A stretch of 64,000 nt of DNA from Patescibacteria group bacterium. GTDB taxonomy: Bacteria > Patescibacteriota > Microgenomatia > UBA1400 > PJMF01. Under the pieces are notes generated by a model that was given only the letters and a program-made list of their open reading frames with translations, did no database searches and was not told where the DNA came from. Location: the NCBI GenBank assembly GCA_039934415.1, contig JBDTME010000001.1, positions 442,461 through 506,460 of the forward strand, written 5' to 3'. Shown here in pieces: positions 9,593-18,989 of the stretch. The position numbers were made by a program, and so were the translations under genes. Numbering within the stretch: the first letter of the stretch is position 1; each line of letters begins with the position of its first letter.

Positions 9593-11128
9593 CGTATTGC
9601 TTATCCGAACCAAATCACGCTGGATAAGCGCATCGAAGCCGTCAGTATAGACGACAGAATCAATCCTTTTCCCTTTAATTTGGATCTTTTTTACCAGCCA
9701 ATTTAGGAATTGTTTTCGCTCAGGTTTGGTGAAAGCTTTATAAAGTTCTGGCAGTCTCTTTAAAAAGGCGATGATCTTTTCAATCTTCTGTTCATCCATG
9801 TTAGCCGATGGCTTTGTGAGTTTCTCAATTTGTGATTCAACCGTTGCTAGCTCTTGCCTCAGTGGTGAGTATTTTTTCTCAATGCGTTCTTTGGGGATGA
9901 TCTCACCAATGAGCTGATCCTCTAAGGCATCCATTTTCTTTTCAATGACTTCTTTTCGTTTTTTGAGTGTCTTTATCTGACTTGGAATATCAGTACCTTG
10001 GTTTTGCATGAGTGTTTGAAGCTCTTTACGTAAGCCATCATAGAATCGTTCACTAAACTTTAATCCTTTAATCCAAGCTTCAAGTTGATCGTGTACTTCA
10101 TCCATGACCGCATAAGGCTCATTACAACTTTTGCCATAGCTCTTTTGACCAAGACAGCGATAGTAGGTGTTAATTTGGCCAGTATCTTTGATGTGTTGTT
10201 CACCAGACATCAAGGTGCCACATGTATTGCAGTAAACTAAGCCAGCTAAGAACCAGTTATGTTTGCGAGAGCGGTCAGCTCCTTTATTGTGTTTTTGCAT
10301 AATGTCCTTTGATTTTTGTATATCTTCCATTGTCACGATGCAAGCGTGTAAGCCGTCATACATTTTACCGTCGTAAAGAACCTTTCCTGCATAACGGACA
10401 TCAGTCAACATGCGATGGATGGCATTAGCTCTGACTCGGTTGCCTTTAGGTGTGCGAAAGCCTTCAGCAAATAACTCATCTTCAAGCCGATAGATGGAGT
10501 AGCCGTCAGTGTGATAGCGGCGAAAGACTTCTTTGACAAAGTAGTCTCGCTCTTTATCAATAGCCCAAGGCTCACCTTTTTTGTATGAATTAAGATACCC
10601 AACTATAGCAGGACCAGGCTGAATGCCTTTCTCAGCAATTGAGACCATAGTTCGCTTAGTTTTTTGCCCAGTGATCTCCCGTTGGAGTTGGTTGGCTCCT
10701 GCCATGATCAGGTCTACAAAGTTGCCCACTGGATCATCCCCAAAATTTGGTTGTTCGGTTGCTATGAGTAAGACGTTATGTTTTTTGAGAAATGATTTAA
10801 CGGCCAAGTGATCCTGAGCATTTCGAGCGAAGCGGTCAGTCTCTTCCAGTAAGACGGCATGGACTTCTGGATCATCTTCACAACGCTCCAACATGCGGTT
10901 GAATTCAGGTCTTCCAGAAGTAGTCCCACCGCTTTTACCACCGTCTTTATAGACATCGATGATATTCCAGCTTCGCTCCCTAGCAAATTTAGTGAGGCGT
11001 TCAATCTGATCCTCAAATGAATGACCTTCTTTGACTTGGCGATCAGTACTCACACGAGCATAGAGCAAACAATTCTTAACTTTGGAGTAATCGTCGGTTG
11101 TATTTAGTTGTTGATACATATTTACCAC
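9578..11128 (-). CDS. large serine recombinase (resolvase/invertase N-domain + recombinase domain + zinc ribbon)
   Basis: LLYARVSTDRQ catalytic-Ser motif, a long recombinase domain and a C-proximal CNTCG...YYRC zinc ribbon. Its 3' end overlaps the tRNA-Asn 3' end by 15 nt. Confidence 0.9.
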   Translation of the reverse strand: MVNMYQQLNTTDDYSKVKNCLLYARVSTDRQVKEGHSFEDQIERLTKFARERSWNIIDVYKDGGKSGGTTSGRPEFNRMLERCEDDPEVHAVLLEETDRFARNAQDHLAVKSFLKKHNVLLIATEQPNFGDDPVGNFVDLIMAGANQLQREITGQKTKRTMVSIAEKGIQPGPAIVGYLNSYKKGEPWAIDKERDYFVKEVFRRYHTDGYSIYRLEDELFAEGFRTPKGNRVRANAIHRMLTDVRYAGKVLYDGKMYDGLHACIVTMEDIQKSKDIMQKHNKGADRSRKHNWFLAGLVYCNTCGTLMSGEQHIKDTGQINTYYRCLGQKSYGKSCNEPYAVMDEVHDQLEAWIKGLKFSERFYDGLRKELQTLMQNQGTDIPSQIKTLKKRKEVIEKKMDALEDQLIGEIIPKERIEKKYSPLRQELATVESQIEKLTKPSANMDEQKIEKIIAFLKRLPELYKAFTKPERKQFLNWLVKKIQIKGKRIDSVVYTDGFDALIQRDLVRISNTWLPD

Positions 11129-11164
11129 TTTTGTTTATTATTCTCGATAATATTTCCATATATG

Positions 11165-12451
11165 TCAACTTGGGAAATGAAGCGGAGTATGGTGACTTTC
11201 CTTTTTAGCTCGGCTGACCATTATCTCTATGATGTTATTGGATTCTTCTTTGATACTCACTGTTTTCTCACTGATGTCTAGGGGTTTAGGGTACTCAAAA
11301 GTAATTTTTTCTTGCGGGATTCGATGAAAGTATTTCAACAACTCATCAAAAATCTCAGTGTGACATTGTTCTAACCATTTGTAGGCTCGCTGCCCCTTAG
11401 TTCCAAACCAGAGCTCTCTACTAACTATTTCTTGACCGTCAAAGTAGCATGCCTCAACTCTCTTAGTTGCGTCTATGTAAGCCTCCATTTTCAAACGCAT
11501 AGTGGCTACTTGTCTGAATATATCCTCCATCTGCTCTTTTAAATCAGAATGAAGTGTGAGGGTAATGTCAAAATAATCTTTACTATGAGTTGCCTTGATA
11601 AAGGCAAAACTTTCGAAGATTTGCTTCATACTCTCTTTAGTACGTTCGGCGGTTGCACCTGCGTAAGGTGGTGAGTAATCTATGGCAACTTCATTTTCGC
11701 AGAAGTGAACAAGTTCTTTTTTGTTATCAATAAAGTCATTAAAATTTCTATCTAACTTTTCTTTACACTCGTACCAGCTAAGAGCTGTTACTCCTGGTTT
11801 TCCAATATCTCGTTTAGTGCAATAGTATCCTTGGCCAGTTGTTACAGTTTTTCCTTCTAGAACATTGTTATCAATCCACTGGTTGATTTTTAGTTGTTGT
11901 TTTGCAACTTCCTCAGCCCATTCCTTTTTGAGGTAAAAGTCTCCATCTCTTAAAGCCATTTGCACTTCATCTACGTGCCAGTCTGTAAGTTCACCTTTTG
12001 ATTTGAAGTAATGCAACGCCTCTTGCTCTGCTAAGCATTCAATAGTGAAGACAGCTGAAAACTCTTCAGTACGAAGTTTTTGATAGAGTTCTTCAAATCC
12101 TTGTTCAGTTAGGACTTTGGGTAACCATTTGAGTTGAAGCAATAATACGTCCGCTGCAATACTGAACCTAAGTAGCCGATAAATCGCATCTAATTTTGAT
12201 GCAAAGTACTGTAATTGGAGTGTCATAGTTTGTAAGTCACCATCCATCATGGCTTGTAGCGTGTAAATTAAGCTTGCGTAAAAGTTATATTCATTGATTT
12301 GGGCATTCGTAATGCCAGCCTTTACTGCTTCAATTTCGTGGGTGTAATTTCTGTCCTCAAGCTGTTCTTTGACAGAGTATTCAGCCACTAACTTTGCCCG
12401 TTCTTTGGCGGTGAGTACTTTGCTGATATTGTTGAGAGAAAAGTTTTTCAT
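11165..12451 (-). CDS. hypothetical protein (element-encoded)
   Basis: 428-aa ORF with no recognisable motif. 4-nt overlap with the downstream 12448..12831 ORF. Confidence 0.5.
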   Translation of the reverse strand: MKNFSLNNISKVLTAKERAKLVAEYSVKEQLEDRNYTHEIEAVKAGITNAQINEYNFYASLIYTLQAMMDGDLQTMTLQLQYFASKLDAIYRLLRFSIAADVLLLQLKWLPKVLTEQGFEELYQKLRTEEFSAVFTIECLAEQEALHYFKSKGELTDWHVDEVQMALRDGDFYLKKEWAEEVAKQQLKINQWIDNNVLEGKTVTTGQGYYCTKRDIGKPGVTALSWYECKEKLDRNFNDFIDNKKELVHFCENEVAIDYSPPYAGATAERTKESMKQIFESFAFIKATHSKDYFDITLTLHSDLKEQMEDIFRQVATMRLKMEAYIDATKRVEACYFDGQEIVSRELWFGTKGQRAYKWLEQCHTEIFDELLKYFHRIPQEKITFEYPKPLDISEKTVSIKEESNNIIEIMVSRAKKESHHTPLHFPS

Positions 12452-12831
12452 TTTGACCTCTTCTCAATTGTTCTGCGTTCGAAAATGACTCGCTCAATTG
12501 TTTCTAAGCGCTTACTTAGGTCAGCAGCCTCAATAGCTTTGAGTAAATGACCAGTCAAGTAACCAACGGTGTTGGCTATATTTGGAGGAATACTGCCATC
12601 TCTCACGCCGTTGATTGTTTGTTCAAGTAAGTCGATAGCATTATCGGGATCTCTCAATTGCAAAGGATCAAGGCTAATCAGTTCTTTTTTTGAAGAGTTT
12701 TTGCCACCTTCGGTTACTGCCGCAGCATGTTGCTCACGAGTGGCTGGATTGTGGGTAAAGCAGAACTCAGCATTCTTCATAGCATTAGCTTGGCATTGCT
12801 GATCGTTAGCTTTGAGATAAGTACATTGCAT
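12448..12831 (-). CDS. hypothetical protein with Cys/His cluster (element-encoded)
   Basis: CQANAMKNAEFCFTHNP possible zinc-binding motif. 127 aa. Confidence 0.4.
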   Translation of the reverse strand: MQCTYLKANDQQCQANAMKNAEFCFTHNPATREQHAAAVTEGGKNSSKKELISLDPLQLRDPDNAIDLLEQTINGVRDGSIPPNIANTVGYLTGHLLKAIEAADLSKRLETIERVIFERRTIEKRSK

Positions 12832-12880
12832 AGTTTTTCTCCTGATTTGTTAGTTACGCTTATGGGTGGAGGGGTGAAAA

Positions 12881-15226
12881 TTAGAACAGCGTCTGACGCA
12901 CCATTTCCTCCATATTTTCTTCATTTTTGTTGCCAATGCTGCCTATGTTGCCATCGGTTGAAGCTGTTGTAGTGGCTGATGGTTCTGGTTTAGAACCGTT
13001 GGTAGCTTGTTTGCTAATCGTGATGTACGTTCCCGCCAACTCTCGGTTCTTTGTGACATCCAGACCGTAAGCCATCAAATTAGGACGCACGTCCTTAATC
13101 TTTCTCCAAAGCCAGTTAGGGGATTTCGGGAAGCCTTTCTTGATTTTGAGTTTGTCGGCTTGAGCTTCCAATACATCAAATAGCTCGGAGCTTTTACCGA
13201 TCCAGTCACTCGTTTGGGTAGACATAAACTCAATCAAGGTTTGGGCGACGGCTGATGACTCAACAGCTTCTTCGTTTTGTTGGCGAACGTTCTGATTGAA
13301 GGCTCCAAGTAAGTCTTCTTCGGTAAATCCGAAGTGCATGGCAGCTGCGGTGGCATATTTGAAGTAGTCAGCCATTCTTGGTTTGGTGTGGAGTTTAAGA
13401 GTAGGAGCGAGTTTGAGCGTCGTTGCCACAGCATCAAACAATGATCCTAGTAGTAGAGGCTTGAGTTCTTCAAAATCATGCCAAAGGAACTTTTCTTCCT
13501 CACGTTGTGAGTCAGGAATTCTTTCCAAAGGAACGATAATGCTACGATCTAAGAGATCTGGGCGGGTGGCTACTTGGTTGATGCCACAAATACCAGCCAC
13601 ACGCTTGTAGGCATACAGTACGTCCTCATCATCAGTAAAAAGTTGGCGTTTGGTGAAGCCATCACCAGTGATCAGACGACAGAGGGCATCAGATAGGCTT
13701 GGGGAAATATCAGACAAGTTATCGAGAAAAAGTGCGTAGTGGTGACTTGCGAACTGAACGAGTTCACGAATGGAGTCAGGTGGTGTTAGAAGAGCAACCT
13801 GACTGGGGTCAATTAACTCTCTTAGTAACCTGAGAAGTGTTGATTTGGCTGAACCTTGATCGCCATGAAGAATGAGCATGGCTCGGGGAATATCAGGGAT
13901 GAGACTGGCCACTAAGAACGTCAAGACGAGCAGTTTATGTTCATCCGATTTGATATTCATAAACTGGGTGATTTCACGGAGATTGCCACCTCTTTTGGGT
14001 AAGACCTGGGCTTGCTGATGAGAAAAGCGTCTAAAGTAAACAGGAGCTTCTACTTCAACACTCCAACCTTCGGCAGTGATCTTAACAATATGCGTGTTAT
14101 CACCCATGTCATAGTAAATAGCTTTGCCTTTTCGCCCTACTCGGTTGAAAACCTCTATGGCTGGTCGATCAAAGGTAGCAATACCTTGCAGAGTTTTAAT
14201 CACAGCGCTGACTGCTTCTGAGCCAGGCGGTTTACCTTCTTGATCCCAATACATTTTGAATAGTAGTTGCTTAGTGGAGTCTGAATCGATTTTGTACGAT
14301 AAGAACGGCGTATGAGGTAAGGTCAGAACAGGTTCTTTAAACTGATTAGTGAAGAGTTTAATGGATGAAGATAAAACCATACCAACAAGTATTTGTGCTT
14401 GGCTTGGACGTTCGGAGCCACCTTGTGGACTGTTTACTGCCTTCTGTGAAATAGAGTTATAGACAGCTTCAATTTCTGAGCGAGGTAATGGAGGTTTGTT
14501 AAGCTGGTTCCAGGCTAAAAGTAAAGGCAAAGCAACTCTTTGCCACTCATCCTGAGGTAAGTATTTGAGGAGAAAGCCAACTACTTTGGCAGCTGAGTCA
14601 TTTCGTTTTGATTCACCGACCCCTTCAAAAATATTTTCTTCTGATTTGACTGTGGCACTCAGTTTGTCTTTGGTGGGTGGCTGCTGTAGCTGCTCGATGA
14701 GACCTGTTGGTAATTCAGCAAAAGAGATTTCGGTAGGTGACTCGAGCCAATAGTATTGATTTCCGCTGGGATGCTTTGAGGGAGGCAAGATGGCATATCC
14801 GCCTTCACCTCTAAAATCAGTTTTCTCTATGAAACTCGTAGCATTAGGAATCTCAAATTCAGGCGGTCTAAAGAAGTAATGGTGTCCACCTGAGCCTGTC
14901 TGTGAATGTGGCGTTTGGGGAAGTGTTTTAGTGTCAAATTTTGAGCCTTGGTCGAGATCTAAAACAACCACACCAGAAATCTTGCCTGTCACTAAAGCCA
15001 AGCCAGTTAGGCTTTTATGAGCTGACCATTTTTCAACTTCTTCGAGCGTAGGCTTCCTGTCTTGGAATTCTTTCCACTTAATTAGTGGCTTCTTCTCTGA
15101 ACCAATGGGGATGATTGACCAACCAAGTTCTAGATAGGTTTTGCCAAGCTCTAGCCATTCTTGTTGGGTTGATGGTGTTTTATTTGATATAGTACTCATA
15201 CATCTGTGGATAGAGGGCAAGTTCAA
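12881..15226 (-). CDS. bifunctional primase-polymerase (Prim-Pol) / P-loop NTPase replication protein (phage/plasmid P4-type)
   Basis: N-terminal WSIIPIG...KWKEF...GLALVTGKISGVVVLDLD (Prim-Pol catalytic DxD region). Central Walker A LILHGDQGSAKSTLLRLL (D5/DUF3987-like helicase domain). Length 781 aa. Confidence 0.8.
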   Translation of the reverse strand: MNLPSIHRCMSTISNKTPSTQQEWLELGKTYLELGWSIIPIGSEKKPLIKWKEFQDRKPTLEEVEKWSAHKSLTGLALVTGKISGVVVLDLDQGSKFDTKTLPQTPHSQTGSGGHHYFFRPPEFEIPNATSFIEKTDFRGEGGYAILPPSKHPSGNQYYWLESPTEISFAELPTGLIEQLQQPPTKDKLSATVKSEENIFEGVGESKRNDSAAKVVGFLLKYLPQDEWQRVALPLLLAWNQLNKPPLPRSEIEAVYNSISQKAVNSPQGGSERPSQAQILVGMVLSSSIKLFTNQFKEPVLTLPHTPFLSYKIDSDSTKQLLFKMYWDQEGKPPGSEAVSAVIKTLQGIATFDRPAIEVFNRVGRKGKAIYYDMGDNTHIVKITAEGWSVEVEAPVYFRRFSHQQAQVLPKRGGNLREITQFMNIKSDEHKLLVLTFLVASLIPDIPRAMLILHGDQGSAKSTLLRLLRELIDPSQVALLTPPDSIRELVQFASHHYALFLDNLSDISPSLSDALCRLITGDGFTKRQLFTDDEDVLYAYKRVAGICGINQVATRPDLLDRSIIVPLERIPDSQREEEKFLWHDFEELKPLLLGSLFDAVATTLKLAPTLKLHTKPRMADYFKYATAAAMHFGFTEEDLLGAFNQNVRQQNEEAVESSAVAQTLIEFMSTQTSDWIGKSSELFDVLEAQADKLKIKKGFPKSPNWLWRKIKDVRPNLMAYGLDVTKNRELAGTYITISKQATNGSKPEPSATTTASTDGNIGSIGNKNEENMEEMVRQTLF

Positions 15227-15250
15227 GACTCACCCTCTATCTCTTTCCTT

Positions 15251-15634
15251 TTATTTCGACGCTGGCATTACTTCACTGATAATCTGCCATCCTTCGGTAT
15301 CACCAGGTTTGTTCTTAACTAAGATCTGGCAAGCTTTACCTACCAGATCATTGAAACTAATCTCTTGTTCAGTTTCAGGTTGAGTTCCAAGTAGAGCGGT
15401 GACGATATCGAACAGCTTGGAGTTCTTTTTGCCTTTCCTCAGAGTAAGTTTTGCTATAGTTGAGCGTTCCGTTCCTTTATTATCACCATCAGTGATCTCA
15501 AACTTTAGCTTCAAGAATGTGCCATACTCGCCTTCGCCTTTATCTATCTCGGTGAGTTTGGCTTTGTAAACTCCTACTGGAATCGGTTCTGGTATGCTTG
15601 ATTCTTGAACTGTTAATATGATGTTTGCTGACAT
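15251..15634 (-). CDS. hypothetical protein (element-encoded)
   Basis: 127-aa ORF immediately downstream of the primase gene. No motif. Confidence 0.4.
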   Translation of the reverse strand: MSANIILTVQESSIPEPIPVGVYKAKLTEIDKGEGEYGTFLKLKFEITDGDNKGTERSTIAKLTLRKGKKNSKLFDIVTALLGTQPETEQEISFNDLVGKACQILVKNKPGDTEGWQIISEVMPASK

Positions 15635-15684
15635 AATTTTTTCCTTTAATAATTTGTTTTTAAATTGGGTTCACTACTTTTTCT

Positions 15685-15972
15685 TCACATATTTCCTCCT
15701 TCCTCTGGCATCAATAACTCAAGAGCTTTTTGAGAAATGGCTTCTTCAATCTCTTGACCAACCTCATAGTTGATTGGGTAGAAAATGGGTATTTCTGTAC
15801 CGTTATTGAGTTTTTTTGTGGGATAGACACAACGGAAGCCGTTGCCATCTCTGCGAGTAAAGACAGCTATATTGCCTACATAAAAACTGTGGTCGATCAC
15901 AAAGTTGGCAAAGAAGGTAAGGCCATTACTCGTGCGAATAGGAAGTAACTCGATCTCACTGATGGTTTTCAT
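15685..15972 (-). CDS. hypothetical protein
   Basis: 95-aa ORF overlapping the next ORF by 17 nt. Confidence 0.35.
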   Translation of the reverse strand: MKTISEIELLPIRTSNGLTFFANFVIDHSFYVGNIAVFTRRDGNGFRCVYPTKKLNNGTEIPIFYPINYEVGQEIEEAISQKALELLMPEEGGNM

Positions 15973-16165
15973 AGGCTTGTGCCTCCTTATCTTGTTTTTC
16001 TAATCGGTCGATTACTTGCAAAAGGAGTTCAGCCATTGAATGAAAAGAGCTCGCAACGAGCTTGTCCCGCTTTTCTTCAAGCTTAGGTTTGAGGGAAGTG
16101 ATGGGTTGTAGACTAGATTTTTCTACGTTTTCTCCAAATGACATGAAAGTATTTGACCATCTCAA
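15956..16165 (-). CDS. hypothetical small protein
   Basis: The ORF track start is TTG at 16163-16165. The first ATG would be at 16142-16144. Confidence 0.3.
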   Translation of the reverse strand: MRWSNTFMSFGENVEKSSLQPITSLKPKLEEKRDKLVASSFHSMAELLLQVIDRLEKQDKEAQAYENHQ

Positions 16166-16243
16166 TAGAGTATTGAGGTCAATACCCAGTTAGGGGCAAT
16201 TTTCAGAGGAAGGCAAACAAAAAAGGCCTCAATAGGTATTGAG
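16161..16243. promoter_or_regulatory. two copies of a 7-N2/3-7 palindrome CTCAATA-N-TATTGAG (operator candidate)
   Basis: ctcaatagagtattgag at 16161-16177 and ctcaataggtattgag at 16228-16243. Located in the 5' region of the 15956..16165 minus-strand gene. Confidence 0.4.
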
Positions 16244-16269
16244 ACCTAACAGAAAGATGAAAGTGAGAT

Positions 16270-17208
16270 TTAATTATCTTCGATTATGGGAGTAAGAAGT
16301 ATTCTATACGCACCAGGCTGTGCATCCCTTGATTCAATTGAAATGTAATCTTCAGCAGGCTTGCCTTTTATTTTTTCATCTCGAATCTGAGAAAGAATCT
16401 GTCTTACTTCGTCTGATGTTGAATTTGTAAGTGTAGCGAGTCTTTTTACTTCGACCCAAGCATCTTTAAATAGTGTAAGTCTCTTGAAGACCACACACCT
16501 CTTATTTTCAGCTGAGGAAAATACAAGAGTTATTCCATCAGTGATTTGAAAAGTTTTGCCGTCCTTTCTCCAACCGATCGATGCTCGCCAATTACCCACT
16601 TCTGATTGCATTGCATTGTTGTTAATTTTGGCGACTGAGCTTGCTAAAGCTATAACAGCTTCCTGATATTGTTGCTCCCTGGCGTTTTTCTCATCGATAT
16701 ATGACCAATCAATTTCTTCTAAAAAGCTAGATATGCGGTCTGGCTCTCTGTATGACATTGCGGAAGGCGGAGGTAAGTAGAAGGTTTCTTTGAGTTCGGG
16801 AAGTAACAATGGGAGTTTATTTACGCTTACTATTACATCAGCTAGTTTTCGAAGTGTTTGCTGAGCCATCTCAACCATTTGACGGAGTGGTTCCCAAAAT
16901 GACGTAGTTATTTCATCGATTACTCTAAGAAGCGGGCTTTCGATACGGACAACGGTGGATATTCCCATCGCTAGTTCAAGGTAGACAGGCTTAAATTGAG
17001 TAGCTGCAACAAGGGCTTCATTCCTAAAAGTGAGAACGGATTGAAGTGACTCAAACAACCTAGTTGTTGGGTTTGCTATTTCAAGTAAAGGGCTTAAATT
17101 AGGAACAGCATTAACAAAACCATCTGAGAACCGAACCATTTTGTCATTGATTTCCTTGGCTTGCTCATCGGTTAAATACTCTATTTTCTTTGCAGATAAT
17201 TCTGGCAT
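16270..17208 (-). CDS. hypothetical protein (element-encoded)
   Basis: 312-aa ORF. No motif. Confidence 0.45.
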   Translation of the reverse strand: MPELSAKKIEYLTDEQAKEINDKMVRFSDGFVNAVPNLSPLLEIANPTTRLFESLQSVLTFRNEALVAATQFKPVYLELAMGISTVVRIESPLLRVIDEITTSFWEPLRQMVEMAQQTLRKLADVIVSVNKLPLLLPELKETFYLPPPSAMSYREPDRISSFLEEIDWSYIDEKNAREQQYQEAVIALASSVAKINNNAMQSEVGNWRASIGWRKDGKTFQITDGITLVFSSAENKRCVVFKRLTLFKDAWVEVKRLATLTNSTSDEVRQILSQIRDEKIKGKPAEDYISIESRDAQPGAYRILLTPIIEDN

Positions 17209-17309
17209 AGTCGCTACTTTTTTGATACATTTTCATGACACGAGTGAATTTTAGATTACCAGTAAAAAGCACGAATGTGAAGTACTGGGGATATTGATAT
17301 ACTAATAAT

Positions 17310-17939
17310 ATGACAGTAAATGAAATCTACACTAAATATAGAACTCCAAATAATTTACAACAACACATGCTTCGAGTCGCAGCCTTATGCACTGTAATAG
17401 TTTCCAGTTGGAAAGGTGAACCGATTTCAAAAGAAGACATCGTTAACACTCTTCTTTTTCATGATATTGCTAAACCAGTTACATTTGATATTGCTAACCA
17501 GGCTAGGTTTGTTAGCTCGCCAGAGGAACTAGTTCGGCTTGAGCAAGATATCAAGTACTTAGTTGACAACTTTGGTTCGGAAGAGCATCAAGCAGCCCTT
17601 AAAATTTTTCAAGACATAGGGTTGAACAAAAACTGTCAGAGATTAATTAATAATTTGGAATGGCACAATACGGATGATCTGATGCGAGTTAACGATATCG
17701 AGTCATTACTGACGATTTATTGTGATATGAGGATTGGTCCTAAAGGAGTGCTTTTAATTGAGCAGAGATTGAGCGAGCTTAACGCTCGTAATCCAATAGA
17801 AGACTTTGAAAAAAGGTTAAAATCAGCCAAAGATCTCGAGAATCTCATTATAGGCAAAGTTCCAATTAAATTGGACGAAATTAAAGAGGAGCAAATATCC
17901 CCAATTGCTGAAATGCTATCCCAAAAGCAATTCAACTAG
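17310..17939 (+). CDS. HD domain protein (putative metal-dependent phosphohydrolase)
   Basis: HMLRVAAL ... LLFHDIAKP gives the H...HD...K arrangement of HD-superfamily metal ligands. Confidence 0.55.
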   Translation: MTVNEIYTKYRTPNNLQQHMLRVAALCTVIVSSWKGEPISKEDIVNTLLFHDIAKPVTFDIANQARFVSSPEELVRLEQDIKYLVDNFGSEEHQAALKIFQDIGLNKNCQRLINNLEWHNTDDLMRVNDIESLLTIYCDMRIGPKGVLLIEQRLSELNARNPIEDFEKRLKSAKDLENLIIGKVPIKLDEIKEEQISPIAEMLSQKQFN

Positions 17940-18211
17940 AACTCAAATAGCTCACGAACCTTAGCCTTTAGGCCTTTGGCAATCTTAATCAGATAACGAA
18001 CAGAAGTGTTGACGTAACCATTCTCAATCTTAGCTAGATAGGAGACGTTAATGTCAGCTTCATCTGCTAAATCCTCTTGAGTCAGCTTGCGGTCATTGCG
18101 AAGCTTCTTGATTGTCAGTCCTAGCTGCACACGTTCTTTTTGATATTCGTTCTTTTGTTGGTATCTACTTGGCATCTCCCCATTATTTGGGGACTTGCCA
18201 TAAACTACCAT
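17936..18211 (-). CDS. XRE-family helix-turn-helix transcriptional regulator
   Basis: LTIKKLRNDRKLTQEDLADEADINVSYLAKIENG is a typical Cro/CI HTH. Confidence 0.75.
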   Translation of the reverse strand: MVVYGKSPNNGEMPSRYQQKNEYQKERVQLGLTIKKLRNDRKLTQEDLADEADINVSYLAKIENGYVNTSVRYLIKIAKGLKAKVRELFEF

Positions 18212-18276
18212 TCCATATATGGAAACATTGGTATATAATCACAAGAACCAGACGTAGAACTCAGAAAGGAAAATGT

Positions 18277-18822
18277 ATGAAAAAAGTAGCAATGATTGGT
18301 GGAGGCATATTTTTGCTTCTCATTATTATTGGAGCCGCCTCAGGTGGTAGTAAAACTGAAAAAGTTGGCTCGACGAGCGACACTTCCCAAGTAGCCACAG
18401 CACCTTCTTCTCAACCTCAACAAGACACAAAATATAAAGTAGGCGATCAAGTGAAAATGGGTGATGTGATTTTGACAGTCAACAAAATGGAAAAATCACA
18501 AGGTGGGCAATTCACTAAGCCGAGTGAAGGCAATGAGTGGATTAACCTCAACATGACCATTGAAAACACTGGGTCAAAGCAAGAGTACGTCACTACCTTG
18601 GGTCAGATGTACGTTGTTGATAAAGACGGTAATCAATATCAGATAGCTGTTACCAATAAGGCAATGGAAAACATCAACAACTCTCTTGATGGTGCAGTAG
18701 TCGCCAAAGCCAAGAAGACTGGGTGGGTTGGTTTTGAAGTACCTAAAACAGCTACTGGCTTAACCTTCCGCTACAACGCTAGCTTCTGGAATGACAAAGC
18801 CATCCTAGTTGAATTGCAATAA
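18277..18822 (+). CDS. DUF4352 domain lipoprotein/secreted protein
   Basis: Signal/TM MKKVAMIGGGIFLLLIIIGAASG preceded by an RBS aggaaa. YKVGDQVKMGDVILTVNKMEKS...EGNEWINLNMTIENTGSKQEY pattern of DUF4352. Start moved to the internal ATG at 18277. Confidence 0.6.
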   Translation: MKKVAMIGGGIFLLLIIIGAASGGSKTEKVGSTSDTSQVATAPSSQPQQDTKYKVGDQVKMGDVILTVNKMEKSQGGQFTKPSEGNEWINLNMTIENTGSKQEYVTTLGQMYVVDKDGNQYQIAVTNKAMENINNSLDGAVVAKAKKTGWVGFEVPKTATGLTFRYNASFWNDKAILVELQ

Positions 18823-18989
18823 ACTCATGCTGCCAGTGCTGCAATGCTTACATGGCTAACTTAGCCTTGAATATGTAGGTAGTGTAGGCATTGGCAGCAT
18901 CATTACTTTCTCGATACGTTTCCGCTTTTTGTTTTGCTTACTTGAGTGTTAAAATTGCCATATAAGTAAAGTAGTGAAGACGTAGCATT

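Larger units (their letters stand above)
9578..18900. mobile_element. putative tRNA-Asn-associated integrative element (core module; may extend to ~25386)
   Basis: Serine recombinase abutting the tRNA 3' end, a Prim-Pol/P-loop replication protein, an XRE regulator and many hypothetical ORFs mostly on the minus strand. The right end is uncertain: an inverted repeat lies at 18827-18900 and a 9-bp tRNA 3'-end repeat at 25378-25386. Confidence 0.5.

Noticed and set aside
12569-12972. Plus-strand ORFs 12569..12802 and 12727..12972 antisense to element genes
   Set aside because: Embedded antisense ORFs within longer coherent minus-strand genes. No independent support.
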